From positions 448,001-512,000 of the forward strand of contig CBDFJQ010000002.1 of assembly GCA_965248575.1 (NCBI GenBank): a DNA stretch of 64,000 nucleotides, given 5' to 3'. Both the position numbers and the translations under genes were made by a program. This stretch comes from Planctomycetota bacterium (GTDB taxonomy: Bacteria > Planctomycetota > B15-G4). The notes beneath the pieces were generated by a model. It was not told the origin of the DNA, did not search any database, and saw only the letters and a list, made by a program, of their open reading frames with translations. Numbering within the stretch: position 1 is the stretch's first letter; the number at the start of each line of letters is the position of its first letter. Of the stretch, positions 39,754-49,126 are shown piece by piece.

Positions 39754-41534
39754 CCCGGTGTGAGTTCCTGCTCCTCCTGCAACGACTTGGCCGCTTCGTC
39801 ATCGCTCACGTCGCTGTGGCAGGCCGCCAGCCCGTCGTCGGCACTCACGGCACCCTTGGTCTTGGCCGCCAGTCGGTGGATCTCATCGGGGCTGAGCACA
39901 CCCCGTTGTTGAAGGATCTGCACCTGCTCCGGGTTGAGGGCTTCGGTGATCTTCGAGCGGTCCCACTGGAAGCGTTCGTCCTTGCCTGAGACGAACTCCG
40001 TGATCTCCTTGCTGATGCGCACCGAGCACCAGTCGTGGCCGCACATGGCGCAGAAGTCGGTGTCCACATCCAGGTCCTCGTCGTGATACGCGCGCGCCAG
40101 GTCTGGGTCGAAGGACAGCTCGAAATGCTTCTCCCAGTTGAGCGCGGCGCGGGCGGCGGTGAGCTCATCGTCCCGGTCCCGAGAGCCGGGAATGCCCAGC
40201 GCGATGTCCGCTGCGTGCGCGGCGATCTTGTAGGCGACGCAGCCCTGCTTGACGTCCTCCCGCTTGGGCAGGCCCAGGTGCTCCTTGGGTGTCACGTAGC
40301 AGAGCATGCTGGCACCGTGCCAGGCGGCGTTGGTCGCGCCGATGCTGCTGGTGATGTGGTCGTAGCCCGGGAAGATGTCGGTGATCAGGGGGCCGAGCAC
40401 GTAGAAGGGGGCGCCGTGGCAGACGCGACGCTGCAACTTCATGTTGTATTCGACCTGGTCCAGCGGGACGTGGCCGGGGCCTTCGATCATGACCTGAAGG
40501 CCCTTTCTCCAAGCGCGCTCCGTGAGCCGTCCGAGCTCGTAGAGTTCGCCCAACTGGCCCTGGTCCGTGGCGTCGGCCAGGCCTCCCGGGCGCAACCCAT
40601 CACCGATGGAGAAAGTGACGTCGTGCTCGCGCATGACATCGCAGATCTCCTCCCACATGGTGTTCATCAGATTCTGTTTGCGGTGGTGGATCATCCACTT
40701 GGCCAGCAGCGAACCGCCGCGGCTCACGATGCCGATCACTCGCTTGGCTACGAAGGGCAGGTGCTCGTGGAGCACGCCGGCGTGGATGGTGAAGTAGTCC
40801 ACACCCTGTTGCGCCTGGTGGCGCAAGGTCTCAAGCACCATCTCCCGATCCAGATCTTCGATCTTGCGACCGATGATCATCGAATAGATCGGCACGGTGC
40901 CGATGGGCGTCGTGGAGGCGGCGAGGATTGCTTCGCGGGTGGCGTCGAGGTCACCGCCGGTGGAGAGGTCCATGACGGTGTCCGCTCCCCAGCGCACCGC
41001 CCAGTCCAGCTTCTCCACCTCTTCGTCCGTGCCGGAAGCCACGGGCGATGCGCCCATGTTGGCATTGATCTTGGTCAGGCTGGCGCGGCCAATGGCCATG
41101 GGGTCCAGCTGCATCGCCAGGTGGTTGCGATTGGCGGGGATCACCATGCGTCCGGCGGCGATCTCGGCTCGCACCTGGTCCGCAGACAGGTGGGGCTCGC
41201 GCTCTGCGACGCGGCGCATCTCCGGCGTGATCATGCCCAGCCGAGCGTGCTCCAGTTGCGTGATGGGCTTGAATCCCTCGGGCGCGGACCAGCGACCGCT
41301 GTTTTCATCCCGCGACCAATCGTCGGGCATGAAGTCCCAGGCGGTCTTGTCCGACGGGAGCGGCATGCCGGGGGTGTCGGGGGAGCTGAACGTCCACGGT
41401 GTCCCCACCCGATTCGGTGCGGAGAAGCTGCCCGGGTTCGTTCCGTTGGACGTGCTGGACGGGTTGCTGCCCACGGCGGGCAAGGGGTGCCGCTCCGAAC
41501 CGTTGGAGGGGGATGCGATGGGGCTGCGAGTCAT
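39750..41534 (-). CDS. thiC: Phosphomethylpyrimidine synthase
   Basis: [65 protein letters not shown] (CX2CX4C). Confidence 0.97.
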   Translation of the reverse strand: MTRSPIASPSNGSERHPLPAVGSNPSSTSNGTNPGSFSAPNRVGTPWTFSSPDTPGMPLPSDKTAWDFMPDDWSRDENSGRWSAPEGFKPITQLEHARLGMITPEMRRVAEREPHLSADQVRAEIAAGRMVIPANRNHLAMQLDPMAIGRASLTKINANMGASPVASGTDEEVEKLDWAVRWGADTVMDLSTGGDLDATREAILAASTTPIGTVPIYSMIIGRKIEDLDREMVLETLRHQAQQGVDYFTIHAGVLHEHLPFVAKRVIGIVSRGGSLLAKWMIHHRKQNLMNTMWEEICDVMREHDVTFSIGDGLRPGGLADATDQGQLGELYELGRLTERAWRKGLQVMIEGPGHVPLDQVEYNMKLQRRVCHGAPFYVLGPLITDIFPGYDHITSSIGATNAAWHGASMLCYVTPKEHLGLPKREDVKQGCVAYKIAAHAADIALGIPGSRDRDDELTAARAALNWEKHFELSFDPDLARAYHDEDLDVDTDFCAMCGHDWCSVRISKEITEFVSGKDERFQWDRSKITEALNPEQVQILQQRGVLSPDEIHRLAAKTKGAVSADDGLAACHSDVSDDEAAKSLQEEQELTPG

Positions 41535-41638
41535 GGCGGGCTCCGTGCAGCGACACCGAGCTGCGGTGGCGGCGCTGAATCCGGCCAGCGGCGGATCCCG
41601 GGAGGCGTCGACGGAAAGAAGCGGCCGCCAAGCGTCCG

Positions 41639-41746
41639 CAGCTTCCCTACGCAGCCTGCCGGGCACTTGGCCACGGGCCGGTCTGATCAGGTTCGAAGGG
41701 TGTGTTCTCAGCCCACCTCCCCATATGGAGGCGAGCACCCCTAGCG
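41639..41746 (-). ncRNA. TPP riboswitch upstream of thiC (P5 expanded)
   Basis: Minus strand reads gctAGGGGTGC-[P3 gctcgcctcc/ggaggtgggc]-TGAGAacaCACCCTTcGAACCTGAT...GCGTAGGGAAGc, matching the THI-box core, about 105 nt before the thiC ATG. Confidence 0.92.
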
Positions 41747-41800
41747 TGAGACAGACAGCTTAGCGTGTCGTGCCGCCGAGGGCAGCCCTTTGGACAAGCC

Positions 41801-42682
41801 TCAGCTCCAGCGGGTGATCCGGTCGCGAACGCGCCCGAAACCGAGTTCCTCGAAGAGCCCATCGACCAGCTGGGCATCGGCACCCTTCCAGGCGAGTTGG
41901 CGCAGCAAGGCCGATGCGGGGGCTGTGTAGCACAGCGTCGCGAGCTCGCGGCTCAGATACGCGACTTCGCGCTGCGCACGCAGCTTCTGCTCGAGGCTAC
42001 GAGCGCCACGGATCGGAAGTTCGGCGACGCTTGGGAGGTTGTCATAGAGCGCCTCTAGATGATCGAAGTGGCTCAGCAGCGCTTGGGCCGTCTTCGAGCC
42101 CACGCCGGCCACGCCAGGGATGTTGTCCACCGCATCACCCATTAGCCCCAGGTAGTCCGGCACCTGGTGCGGCTGCACACCCAGCTTCTCCATGACCTCC
42201 TGCGGGCCGTAGCGCTTGCCCGCTGCCCAGTCATAGAGCTGGACCCGTTCCCCGACCAGCTGGCAGAGGTCCTTGTCGACCGTGGTGACCACCACGTGGT
42301 GTCCCTTCGAGAGCAGTTGCTGGCAGAGGGTGCCCACGAAGTCGTCCGCCTCGTAACGGACGTCGGCGAAGGTGGTGCCGCCCAAGGCTTCCGCGACCCG
42401 GCGGCAGTCGACGAACTGCTGCTCGAGTTCGGGGGGCGGCAATTCGCGCTGTGCCTTGTAGTCGGGATACAGGTCGTTGCGGAAGCAGGTGTTCAGGCTC
42501 TCATCGAAGGCCAGGGCCCAATGCGTGGGCTGCTCTTCTGCCAGGTAGCGCAGCAGGAACGTGAGGAAACCGTAGACGGCATTGACCGGGCGGCCGTCGG
42601 GGGCGGTCATGGAATCCGGCAGGGAAAACCAGGCGCGAAACACGTACGGGCTGGCATCGATGAGGTGGACTGTGTGTGGCAT
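41801..42682 (-). CDS. Stand-alone 5'-3' exonuclease / flap endonuclease (PolI N-terminal-like); start 42682 or 42691
   Basis: HLIDASPYVFRAWF, NAVYGF, FRNDLYPDYKAQR, YEADDFVGTL, DKDLCQL, LMGDAVDNIPGVAGVGSKTA. Confidence 0.93.
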   Translation of the reverse strand: MPHTVHLIDASPYVFRAWFSLPDSMTAPDGRPVNAVYGFLTFLLRYLAEEQPTHWALAFDESLNTCFRNDLYPDYKAQRELPPPELEQQFVDCRRVAEALGGTTFADVRYEADDFVGTLCQQLLSKGHHVVVTTVDKDLCQLVGERVQLYDWAAGKRYGPQEVMEKLGVQPHQVPDYLGLMGDAVDNIPGVAGVGSKTAQALLSHFDHLEALYDNLPSVAELPIRGARSLEQKLRAQREVAYLSRELATLCYTAPASALLRQLAWKGADAQLVDGLFEELGFGRVRDRITRWS

Positions 42683-42820
42683 GGGAGCCATGGTAGGGGC
42701 AAGGCTGGCGAGGGCCAGCGTGGGCCAGCGCGGTCTCGTGGTGGGCGTCCAAGGGACGCGAGCACACGGGTCGCCGGTCGCTGCTTTCTCCTGTGTTTCC
42801 AAGCTGGCTGAGAATCTTGC

Positions 42821-44341
42821 GTGTCCGTGTCTGAAGCACCTTGCCTGGCTGCCGTGGACCTCGGCTCCAACAGTTTTCACATGGTCATCGCCCGGGTTCA
42901 GGGCGATGTGCCGGTGACCTTGGACCGCCTCCGGGAGCAGGTCCAACTGGCCGCGGGCCTGAACTCGCGCAGCAAACAGGGGCGGCGGATTTCCCCGGAG
43001 GCCTGGGAGCGCTCCATGGCTTGTCTGGAGCGGTTCGGTCAGCGCCTGCGCAACATGGCGCATGTGCGCGTGCGCGCCGTGGGCACGAACACCCTGCGCG
43101 TAGCCAGCAATGGGGCGGAGTTTCGGGCCGAAGCTGAAGAGGCACTGGGCTATCCCATCGAGGTGATCAGCGGCAACGAAGAAGCGCGACTCATCTACTT
43201 GGGTGTTGCCCACACCGTCTCCGACGACTCGGCCAGTCGGCTCGTGGTGGACATCGGCGGGGGGAGCACCGAGTGCATCGTCGGCCAGCGCTTTGAAGCC
43301 CGGGCCACGCATAGCTTCTACATGGGGTGCGTCCAGTTCACGAGCCGCTTCTTCGCTGATGGGAAGATCACGAATCGCCGCATGAGCGACGCCGTACTGA
43401 CGGCGCAGCAGGAGTTGTACGCCTGCGTCCAGGAATACCGTGAGGCAGGCTGGACAGAAGCAGTTGGGGCTTCGGGGACCATCCGGGCGGTGGCGGCCGT
43501 GGCCGCAGCCAATGGCTGGTGCGAGGAAGGGGTGAGCTACAAGGCTGTGAAGCGCCTCCGCAAGGAGCTCGTCGCAGCCGGGAACGCGGAAGCGGTGGCC
43601 ACCCTGCCCGGTATGAAGGCGTCACGCGCCAACATCATCGCGGGCGGGACGGCCATTCTTCAGGCCTGCTTCGAGAGCCTCGAGATCGAGACCATGAGCG
43701 TGGCCAAGGGTGCGCTCAGGGAGGGAGTGCTCTACGACCTGCTGGGACGTCTGCAACACGAAGACGTACGTGAGCGAACGATCGTCACCTTCCAGGAGCG
43801 CTACCACGTGGACCGTGGGCAGGCAGAGCGCGTGGAGCGCACGGCGAGCAAACTGCTACAGATCGTCGCCAAGGATTGGGAGGTCGATGAGGAGAAGGCC
43901 TCCCCCTTCCTGCTCTGGGCGGCTCGCCTGCATGAGATCGGTTTGACCGTCTCCTACAACAGGCACCATCGCCACGGCGCCTACCTCATAGAGAACGCCG
44001 ACATGCCCGGCTTCTCGCGCGATGACCAGCAACTGCTGGCCTTGCTGGTGTCGGCGCATCGGCGGCGCGTGCGTGCCGACCGCTTCGAACAGCTTCGCCA
44101 CAAGGGGCGTCGAATGCTGGCTGCTCAGCTGGTGCTGATCCTGCGCGCCGCCGTGCTTCTGAACCGTGGCCGTTCGGCCGAGGCCTTGCCGCCCTTGGCG
44201 GGGCACGCGCAGCTGGGAACACTCACAATCACGCTGCCTCGCAGCTGGTTGGATGCTCACCCACTGGCGGATGCCGACCTGGCCGGGGAGACGGCGGCCC
44301 TGCAGGAACTGGACATGTCCCTGCAAGTGATCGGCGTCTAG
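42821..44341 (+). CDS. ppx: Exopolyphosphatase Ppx/GppA
   Basis: AAVDLGSNSFHM, VGTNTLR, ISGNEEARLIYLGV, DIGGGSTE, ALREGVLYD, C-terminal HD-like LHEIG domain. Confidence 0.93.
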   Translation: MSVSEAPCLAAVDLGSNSFHMVIARVQGDVPVTLDRLREQVQLAAGLNSRSKQGRRISPEAWERSMACLERFGQRLRNMAHVRVRAVGTNTLRVASNGAEFRAEAEEALGYPIEVISGNEEARLIYLGVAHTVSDDSASRLVVDIGGGSTECIVGQRFEARATHSFYMGCVQFTSRFFADGKITNRRMSDAVLTAQQELYACVQEYREAGWTEAVGASGTIRAVAAVAAANGWCEEGVSYKAVKRLRKELVAAGNAEAVATLPGMKASRANIIAGGTAILQACFESLEIETMSVAKGALREGVLYDLLGRLQHEDVRERTIVTFQERYHVDRGQAERVERTASKLLQIVAKDWEVDEEKASPFLLWAARLHEIGLTVSYNRHHRHGAYLIENADMPGFSRDDQQLLALLVSAHRRRVRADRFEQLRHKGRRMLAAQLVLILRAAVLLNRGRSAEALPPLAGHAQLGTLTITLPRSWLDAHPLADADLAGETAALQELDMSLQVIGV

Positions 44342-44360
44342 GCTGCCCCGATAGCCCGCC

Positions 44361-45182
44361 TCAACGCGCGTCTTGCGGGCGCCGAAACACGACCATGTAG
44401 TTTTCGCTGAGGCCTTCGACTGTGCGGGTTCCCGCGTCTTCGAAGCCGGAGGCCAGCACTTCCTGGACCGTGGCTTCGCGGCCCAGGCGCACGTGCTCCA
44501 GGATCCATTCCCGCGTGACGCCCGGGATGCGTTCGAAGTCCACGATCACCAGGGCTCCCCCGGGGCGCAGGGCCTTGTAGAGCGAGGCCAGGGTGGAGCT
44601 GGGGTACTCGAAGTGGTGATAGGTGTCGCAGACGAAGGCCAGGTCGAGACTGCGCGCAGGGAGGTTTACCGAGTCTTCGGCGCAGAGGATCGGGCGCACC
44701 TGGGACCAGCCGGCCGCATCGGCGCGTTGCGCCAGGTGTTGGATGAAGCCTGGGGAGATGTCGACGGCATAGACGGTGCCGGTGGGGCCGACGGCGTTGA
44801 CGAACGCATCCAGGAAGAGCCCTGTGCCCGCACCGACGTCGGCGATGTCCGCTCCGGAGCCAAGCCCTGCCGAGCGGATGAGTTCCGCGACAATCGAGGC
44901 CCGGTGCTTCGCGATCTCGCGGCTCTCACCTTCGAAGGTCTTGACGAAGGATTCGACGTCGAGCTCTGGATCGAGGAAGCGCGTGTTGGCCCCAGGGCGA
45001 ACGCTCGATTCGGGCTGTGCTGCGACGGCCTGGTTTCGGTCCGTGTCCGCTGGCGCGTCGTCCAGCGTCGAGGCCGCGCTGCAGGCACCCAGCAGAGCCA
45101 GGAGTACGAGCGCGGTGCATGTGCGGTCGGCGGCGCTGTTGAGACGGGGAAGAAGGGGCTGGCGGTGCACGGCGGGCTCCAT
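44361..45182 (-). CDS. Class I SAM-dependent methyltransferase with lipoprotein-like signal
   Basis: IADVGAGTGLF, VYAVDI, CDTYHHFEYP, LRPGGALVIVDF; N-terminal LVLLALLGAC. Confidence 0.85.
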   Translation of the reverse strand: MEPAVHRQPLLPRLNSAADRTCTALVLLALLGACSAASTLDDAPADTDRNQAVAAQPESSVRPGANTRFLDPELDVESFVKTFEGESREIAKHRASIVAELIRSAGLGSGADIADVGAGTGLFLDAFVNAVGPTGTVYAVDISPGFIQHLAQRADAAGWSQVRPILCAEDSVNLPARSLDLAFVCDTYHHFEYPSSTLASLYKALRPGGALVIVDFERIPGVTREWILEHVRLGREATVQEVLASGFEDAGTRTVEGLSENYMVVFRRPQDAR

Positions 45183-45210
45183 GGGAAGCCCGACATTCTA
45201 GCGGTCGACC

Positions 45211-47160
45211 TCAGAGGATGCGCAAGACCTCGGCAATGCTGGGCAGTTGGGCCAGGTAGTTGTTGTGGGCCTTGAGGCGCTCGTTGAAGGGCAGCGCGCT
45301 GCGCTCTCCCAGAAGGCCCAGGGCCACGCAGGCAAAGGCCCGCGAGGCGGCTCGACCGGCCTGGTCGGCTGCCATCTCGAGCAGTGGATCGACGGCGGTC
45401 TGGTCACCGATCAGGCCCAGAGCGCTGGCGGCGCTGGCGAGTCCCCCCAGGCTACCGGCCTCATCAAGGGTCTGCATGAGCACCGGTACGGCCTGGCGAT
45501 CACCCATGAGGCCCAGGCTCGTGGCGGTCTTGAGCCGGAAGCTGGGGGAGATCGACCTGTCCGCACAGAGTTTCAGCAGTTCCAGGGAGGCTTCCCGATG
45601 GCGCAGCAGGCCCAGGGCCTCGCCGGCATAGCCCTGGAAGTCCTCTTGATGGGAGCGACTGAATTCCTCGTGGATCAGGGTGCGTGAGGACTGGTCGTCC
45701 AGGAGGGCGAGGGAGATGGCGAAGGCGCCGCGGAAGGAGGGGTCCCGTTCGCGCTGAAAGCCCTCGCGAATCGCCTCGATGATCTTCGGGGTCGCCGTGT
45801 GCATCTCCCGCCCGTAGATCGCTGCAGCGAGGGCTGACCAGGAGCGATGGGAGTGGCTGCTGGCTTTGGTACCCATCTCCCGCAGCAGGGTCTTGAGCAG
45901 GCTGGCGTGCCCTGGCAAGTGCTGGCTGGGGTCGAGGTCGCGGCCTCCGATCTGGGCCAGGGAGATCAGCGCGAAGTGTCGCGTCTGCTGGTCTCGGCCG
46001 CCGGAGATGTAGCCGGTCAGGGCGTCCAGGACGGACACGTCGCCCATCCGGCTCAGTTGCCCCAAGCCGATGGCCGCCGATTGGCGGACCACGTTCTCCG
46101 TGTGGTCATCCTTGAAGCAGGCCAGGAGCGGGGCGATGGACGACGCGCTGCCCATCTTGCCGAGCGTGGTGGGGATGTAGCTGCGGATGTGCGGGTCGAG
46201 CTCAGCCTTCTCGAGCACGCTGCCGAGAAAGCTCTCGGCGGTGCTCGCCAAGGCATTGCTGCGGGGTAGGAGCCCGAGGGCAGCGATGGCGCTGGCCTTC
46301 ACATCTCGTTCGCTGTCGGGCAGGGTGTCGATGGTGCTCATCAGTGTGCGCACGGAACGCGCATCGCCGATCAAACCCAGGGCGAGGCACGCGAAGGAGC
46401 GCACGAGCCAGGGCACATTGCCACCCCCGACAGCAGCGCGTCCCGCGGAGTCATCCGCAACGAGACCCGTCAGCAGGGGCCACGCCTGGGTGGCATGCAG
46501 GACCCCCAGACTGAGAGCGGCGGAGGATTGCACTGACAGCTCGCGGTGGGCCAGCAGGCTGACCGCCGCCTCATAGGCGGCGTCATGGGTCAGGGGGGAG
46601 GCGCTCCGTCCCATGGCCAGGACCGTGGAATCCAGAATGTCCCGATCATCTGCTGTCTTCGAGACCTGTTCGAGTGCGGGGATGATGCGCTGGTCGATCA
46701 TGGTCTGGTCGGGGCGTTCCGAGCTGACGGCAGCGCGACCACCTCGTGCTGTCAGTCGTCCCGGGGAGCCCGGCTGAGAGACGGTCCGGCCCACGCGTTC
46801 CTTGAGCGTGATGTACCGGTCCCGGTTGCTCTCCCACCAGAACTCCCACCCGTCGTAGCCCATGCTGACGGCAGCGCTGGCGCTGCTGCGGGATCTGCCA
46901 CCACGAGCGGAACCCGAGCCGCGGGAGGGGGCGCCCGTGCTGCCGGAGCTGGGCGCGCCCGCACCGGGCCCGCCGCCCCCGAGCGAGGCGCCACCGCCAC
47001 CGCTGCTTGGGGCGCCCTTGGGGGCCGCCCCTCCGCCACCCCCTGCATTCGAGGGCCCCTTGTACTGGCCACCGTGCGCCGCCGCCGTTTCAGCGAGGCC
47101 TGCGAGCATGAAGCCCACGAGCAAGGCGGTCAGGGATAGGGTGTGCTGTACGTGCTTCAA
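45211..47160 (-). CDS. Exported HEAT-repeat protein with Gly-rich N-terminus (mature start HGGQYKGP)
   Basis: TTG at 47160 preceded by GGAG; signal peptide ending AAA|H; WEFWWESN motif; HEAT repeats; paralog of 13762-15759. Confidence 0.8.
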   Translation of the reverse strand: MKHVQHTLSLTALLVGFMLAGLAETAAAHGGQYKGPSNAGGGGGAAPKGAPSSGGGGASLGGGGPGAGAPSSGSTGAPSRGSGSARGGRSRSSASAAVSMGYDGWEFWWESNRDRYITLKERVGRTVSQPGSPGRLTARGGRAAVSSERPDQTMIDQRIIPALEQVSKTADDRDILDSTVLAMGRSASPLTHDAAYEAAVSLLAHRELSVQSSAALSLGVLHATQAWPLLTGLVADDSAGRAAVGGGNVPWLVRSFACLALGLIGDARSVRTLMSTIDTLPDSERDVKASAIAALGLLPRSNALASTAESFLGSVLEKAELDPHIRSYIPTTLGKMGSASSIAPLLACFKDDHTENVVRQSAAIGLGQLSRMGDVSVLDALTGYISGGRDQQTRHFALISLAQIGGRDLDPSQHLPGHASLLKTLLREMGTKASSHSHRSWSALAAAIYGREMHTATPKIIEAIREGFQRERDPSFRGAFAISLALLDDQSSRTLIHEEFSRSHQEDFQGYAGEALGLLRHREASLELLKLCADRSISPSFRLKTATSLGLMGDRQAVPVLMQTLDEAGSLGGLASAASALGLIGDQTAVDPLLEMAADQAGRAASRAFACVALGLLGERSALPFNERLKAHNNYLAQLPSIAEVLRIL

Positions 47161-47367
47161 GGCTTCTCTCCGGGCTGTGCCTTGATCAACGGCACGAGCG
47201 GGCGGAGCGGACGGACCTGGGAACCCTTTCCCGGGAGGGGGCTCCCAGCGCGCCATCCGCCTGCCGAATGCTTGGAACGATCAAGTCGGAAGCGATGGGC
47301 GACCGACAGGGTCGGTGGTGCACGGCCTGCGGGCTCCTGCCTCCTGTTCTCGACGGAAAGCAAGCCC

Positions 47368-47859
47368 ATGACATCTTCGCCAGCCCAAGCGCGCCACTCC
47401 CAGCGCGCGTTCACCTTGATCGAGCTGCTGATCGTGGTGGTGATCCTCGGCATGTTGGCGGCCATCGTGGTTCCGGCCTCGGTCGAGGTCGCAACCGAAA
47501 GCGAGCACTCGGCCTTCGCCACCGAGTTACGCATCTTCGTGGATGCCGCGGCGATCTACGAAGCGCGCACTCAACGCGATCTCGAAGACAGCTCCTCAGG
47601 TGCGGTGCCGAGCGGCTTCGAGGTCTATATCAATGCGAAGGGTTGGCTGGACGGCACGCCCATCGGTGGCGTGTGGGACGCCGAACAGAACTCCTTCGGC
47701 GTGAAGTCCGCCCTCGGAGTGCACTTCCTGAATGGCGAGGCCAAGGACGACGGCTACATGGGGCAGCTGGATGCCCTGATTGACGACGGCAACTTGTCCT
47801 CCGGTGGTTTCCGGAAGCTCGCCGACGATCGCTTCTACTACATCCTGAAGCAGAGCTGA
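47368..47859 (+). CDS. Prepilin-type N-methylation domain protein (pseudopilin-like)
   Basis: RA|FTLIELLIVVVILGMLAAIVVP class III signal; 'TPIGGVW'. Confidence 0.88.
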   Translation: MTSSPAQARHSQRAFTLIELLIVVVILGMLAAIVVPASVEVATESEHSAFATELRIFVDAAAIYEARTQRDLEDSSSGAVPSGFEVYINAKGWLDGTPIGGVWDAEQNSFGVKSALGVHFLNGEAKDDGYMGQLDALIDDGNLSSGGFRKLADDRFYYILKQS

Positions 47860-47861
47860 GG

Positions 47862-48938
47862 TCAGATCGCGGCGCTTCCGCCAGCGAGGTTCTCAGGTGA
47901 GGCCGGCTTCCGTTCCCGCTTGGGAAGCAGGTCCTTCATGCGATCTATGACGACCTGGGTGTAGTCCCGGGTGCCGAGCTTGCCGCGCAGGTCAGCGGTG
48001 CACTCGCCGTCGCGGATAGCGCTGAGCATGGCGAGCCGCAGGGCGTGCCCGAGGTCGTAGCGGTCGATGTGGTCCAGCAGCATGCCGAAGGACAGCAGCA
48101 CTGCCGTCGGGTTGGCCTTGTCCTGACCCGCGATGTCAGGGGCGGTGCCCCCGGCGGGGTCGAACATCGCGATCTCCACCTCACGCTTGGCGTTGAAGGA
48201 GTAGTTGCCGCTGGCGCCGGTGCCGAGGCTGCCCACAAGACCGGAAGCCATGTCCGAGAGGAAGTCGCCGTATTCATTGAGGACCAGCACGACCTGGTAG
48301 TCCGCGGGCTGCAGCAGGATCTTGGCGAGCAACGCGTCGAACAGCTCCTGCTTGTGCAGGATGTCCGTGTAGTGGCGGTGCATGTCCCCGACGATGGTCT
48401 CGAACAGGCCATCGGTCACCTTCTGGATGGTGTGCTTTGAGGACGAGGTGACGTGCATCTTCTTCTTGCGCGCCAGCTCGAAGGCGAAGGCCGCTGCCTG
48501 CTCGCAAGGCTCCCGTTCGACCATGCGCAGGGAGACGGCGGCATCCCGGCCGATGAGCCGGCCGGGGTCGTCGTAGGTCCCGCCGGTGGCCACGCGCACG
48601 ATGTGCAGGTCGATGGGCTCCGTGAAGAAGCTGCTGATCCCGGGGATGGAGATGGCGGGACGATAGATGACACTGAATCCGCAGCGACGCCGGATCAGGG
48701 CGTTGGGGCTACGGGTGCCCGTCACCGTGGGGTATTTCAGGACGAGCTGGGTCTCGCGCATGGAGTCCTCAGCCTGGTCGATGGCGACGCCGCCCTGGCG
48801 CTCCCGGGTCTCCAGGGACCAATCCACCGGCCGGAAATCAAAATCCAGCGGAAGTGCATCTGCGACCGCGTGGACGGCCTTCTCCAGCTCAGGGCCAATG
48901 CCGTCGCCCTGCAGCTCGGTGATGGGAATGGAAGTCAT
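47862..48938 (-). CDS. Isocitrate/isopropylmalate dehydrogenase family protein (divergent)
   Basis: GDGIGPEL, TDGLF, NEYGDFLSDMASGLVGSLG, GTAPDIAGQDKANPTA, TADLRG. Confidence 0.88.
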   Translation of the reverse strand: MTSIPITELQGDGIGPELEKAVHAVADALPLDFDFRPVDWSLETRERQGGVAIDQAEDSMRETQLVLKYPTVTGTRSPNALIRRRCGFSVIYRPAISIPGISSFFTEPIDLHIVRVATGGTYDDPGRLIGRDAAVSLRMVEREPCEQAAAFAFELARKKKMHVTSSSKHTIQKVTDGLFETIVGDMHRHYTDILHKQELFDALLAKILLQPADYQVVLVLNEYGDFLSDMASGLVGSLGTGASGNYSFNAKREVEIAMFDPAGGTAPDIAGQDKANPTAVLLSFGMLLDHIDRYDLGHALRLAMLSAIRDGECTADLRGKLGTRDYTQVVIDRMKDLLPKRERKPASPENLAGGSAAI

Positions 48939-49126
48939 AGTGGAGTCCGAGATCGCTTCGGGGCCGCGCGCTGGCATCCTTCGCCAGGGTTTCGTTTTCA
49001 TCCGCGAGGTGCGATCCGGCATTGTCGCCCCCAGTTGGGCATTCATGCAAGCTGAGCCCTGGCGCTTGATGCCCCGGCGCCGGGTTTCTCAAGATCAGGA
49101 CCCGTTGTGACTGCTTCGGATAGCTG

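Noticed and set aside
41801..42691. Truncated polA pseudogene
   Set aside because: Complete ~293-aa nuclease with intact acidic motifs and a clean stop; stand-alone 5'-3' exonucleases are a known family
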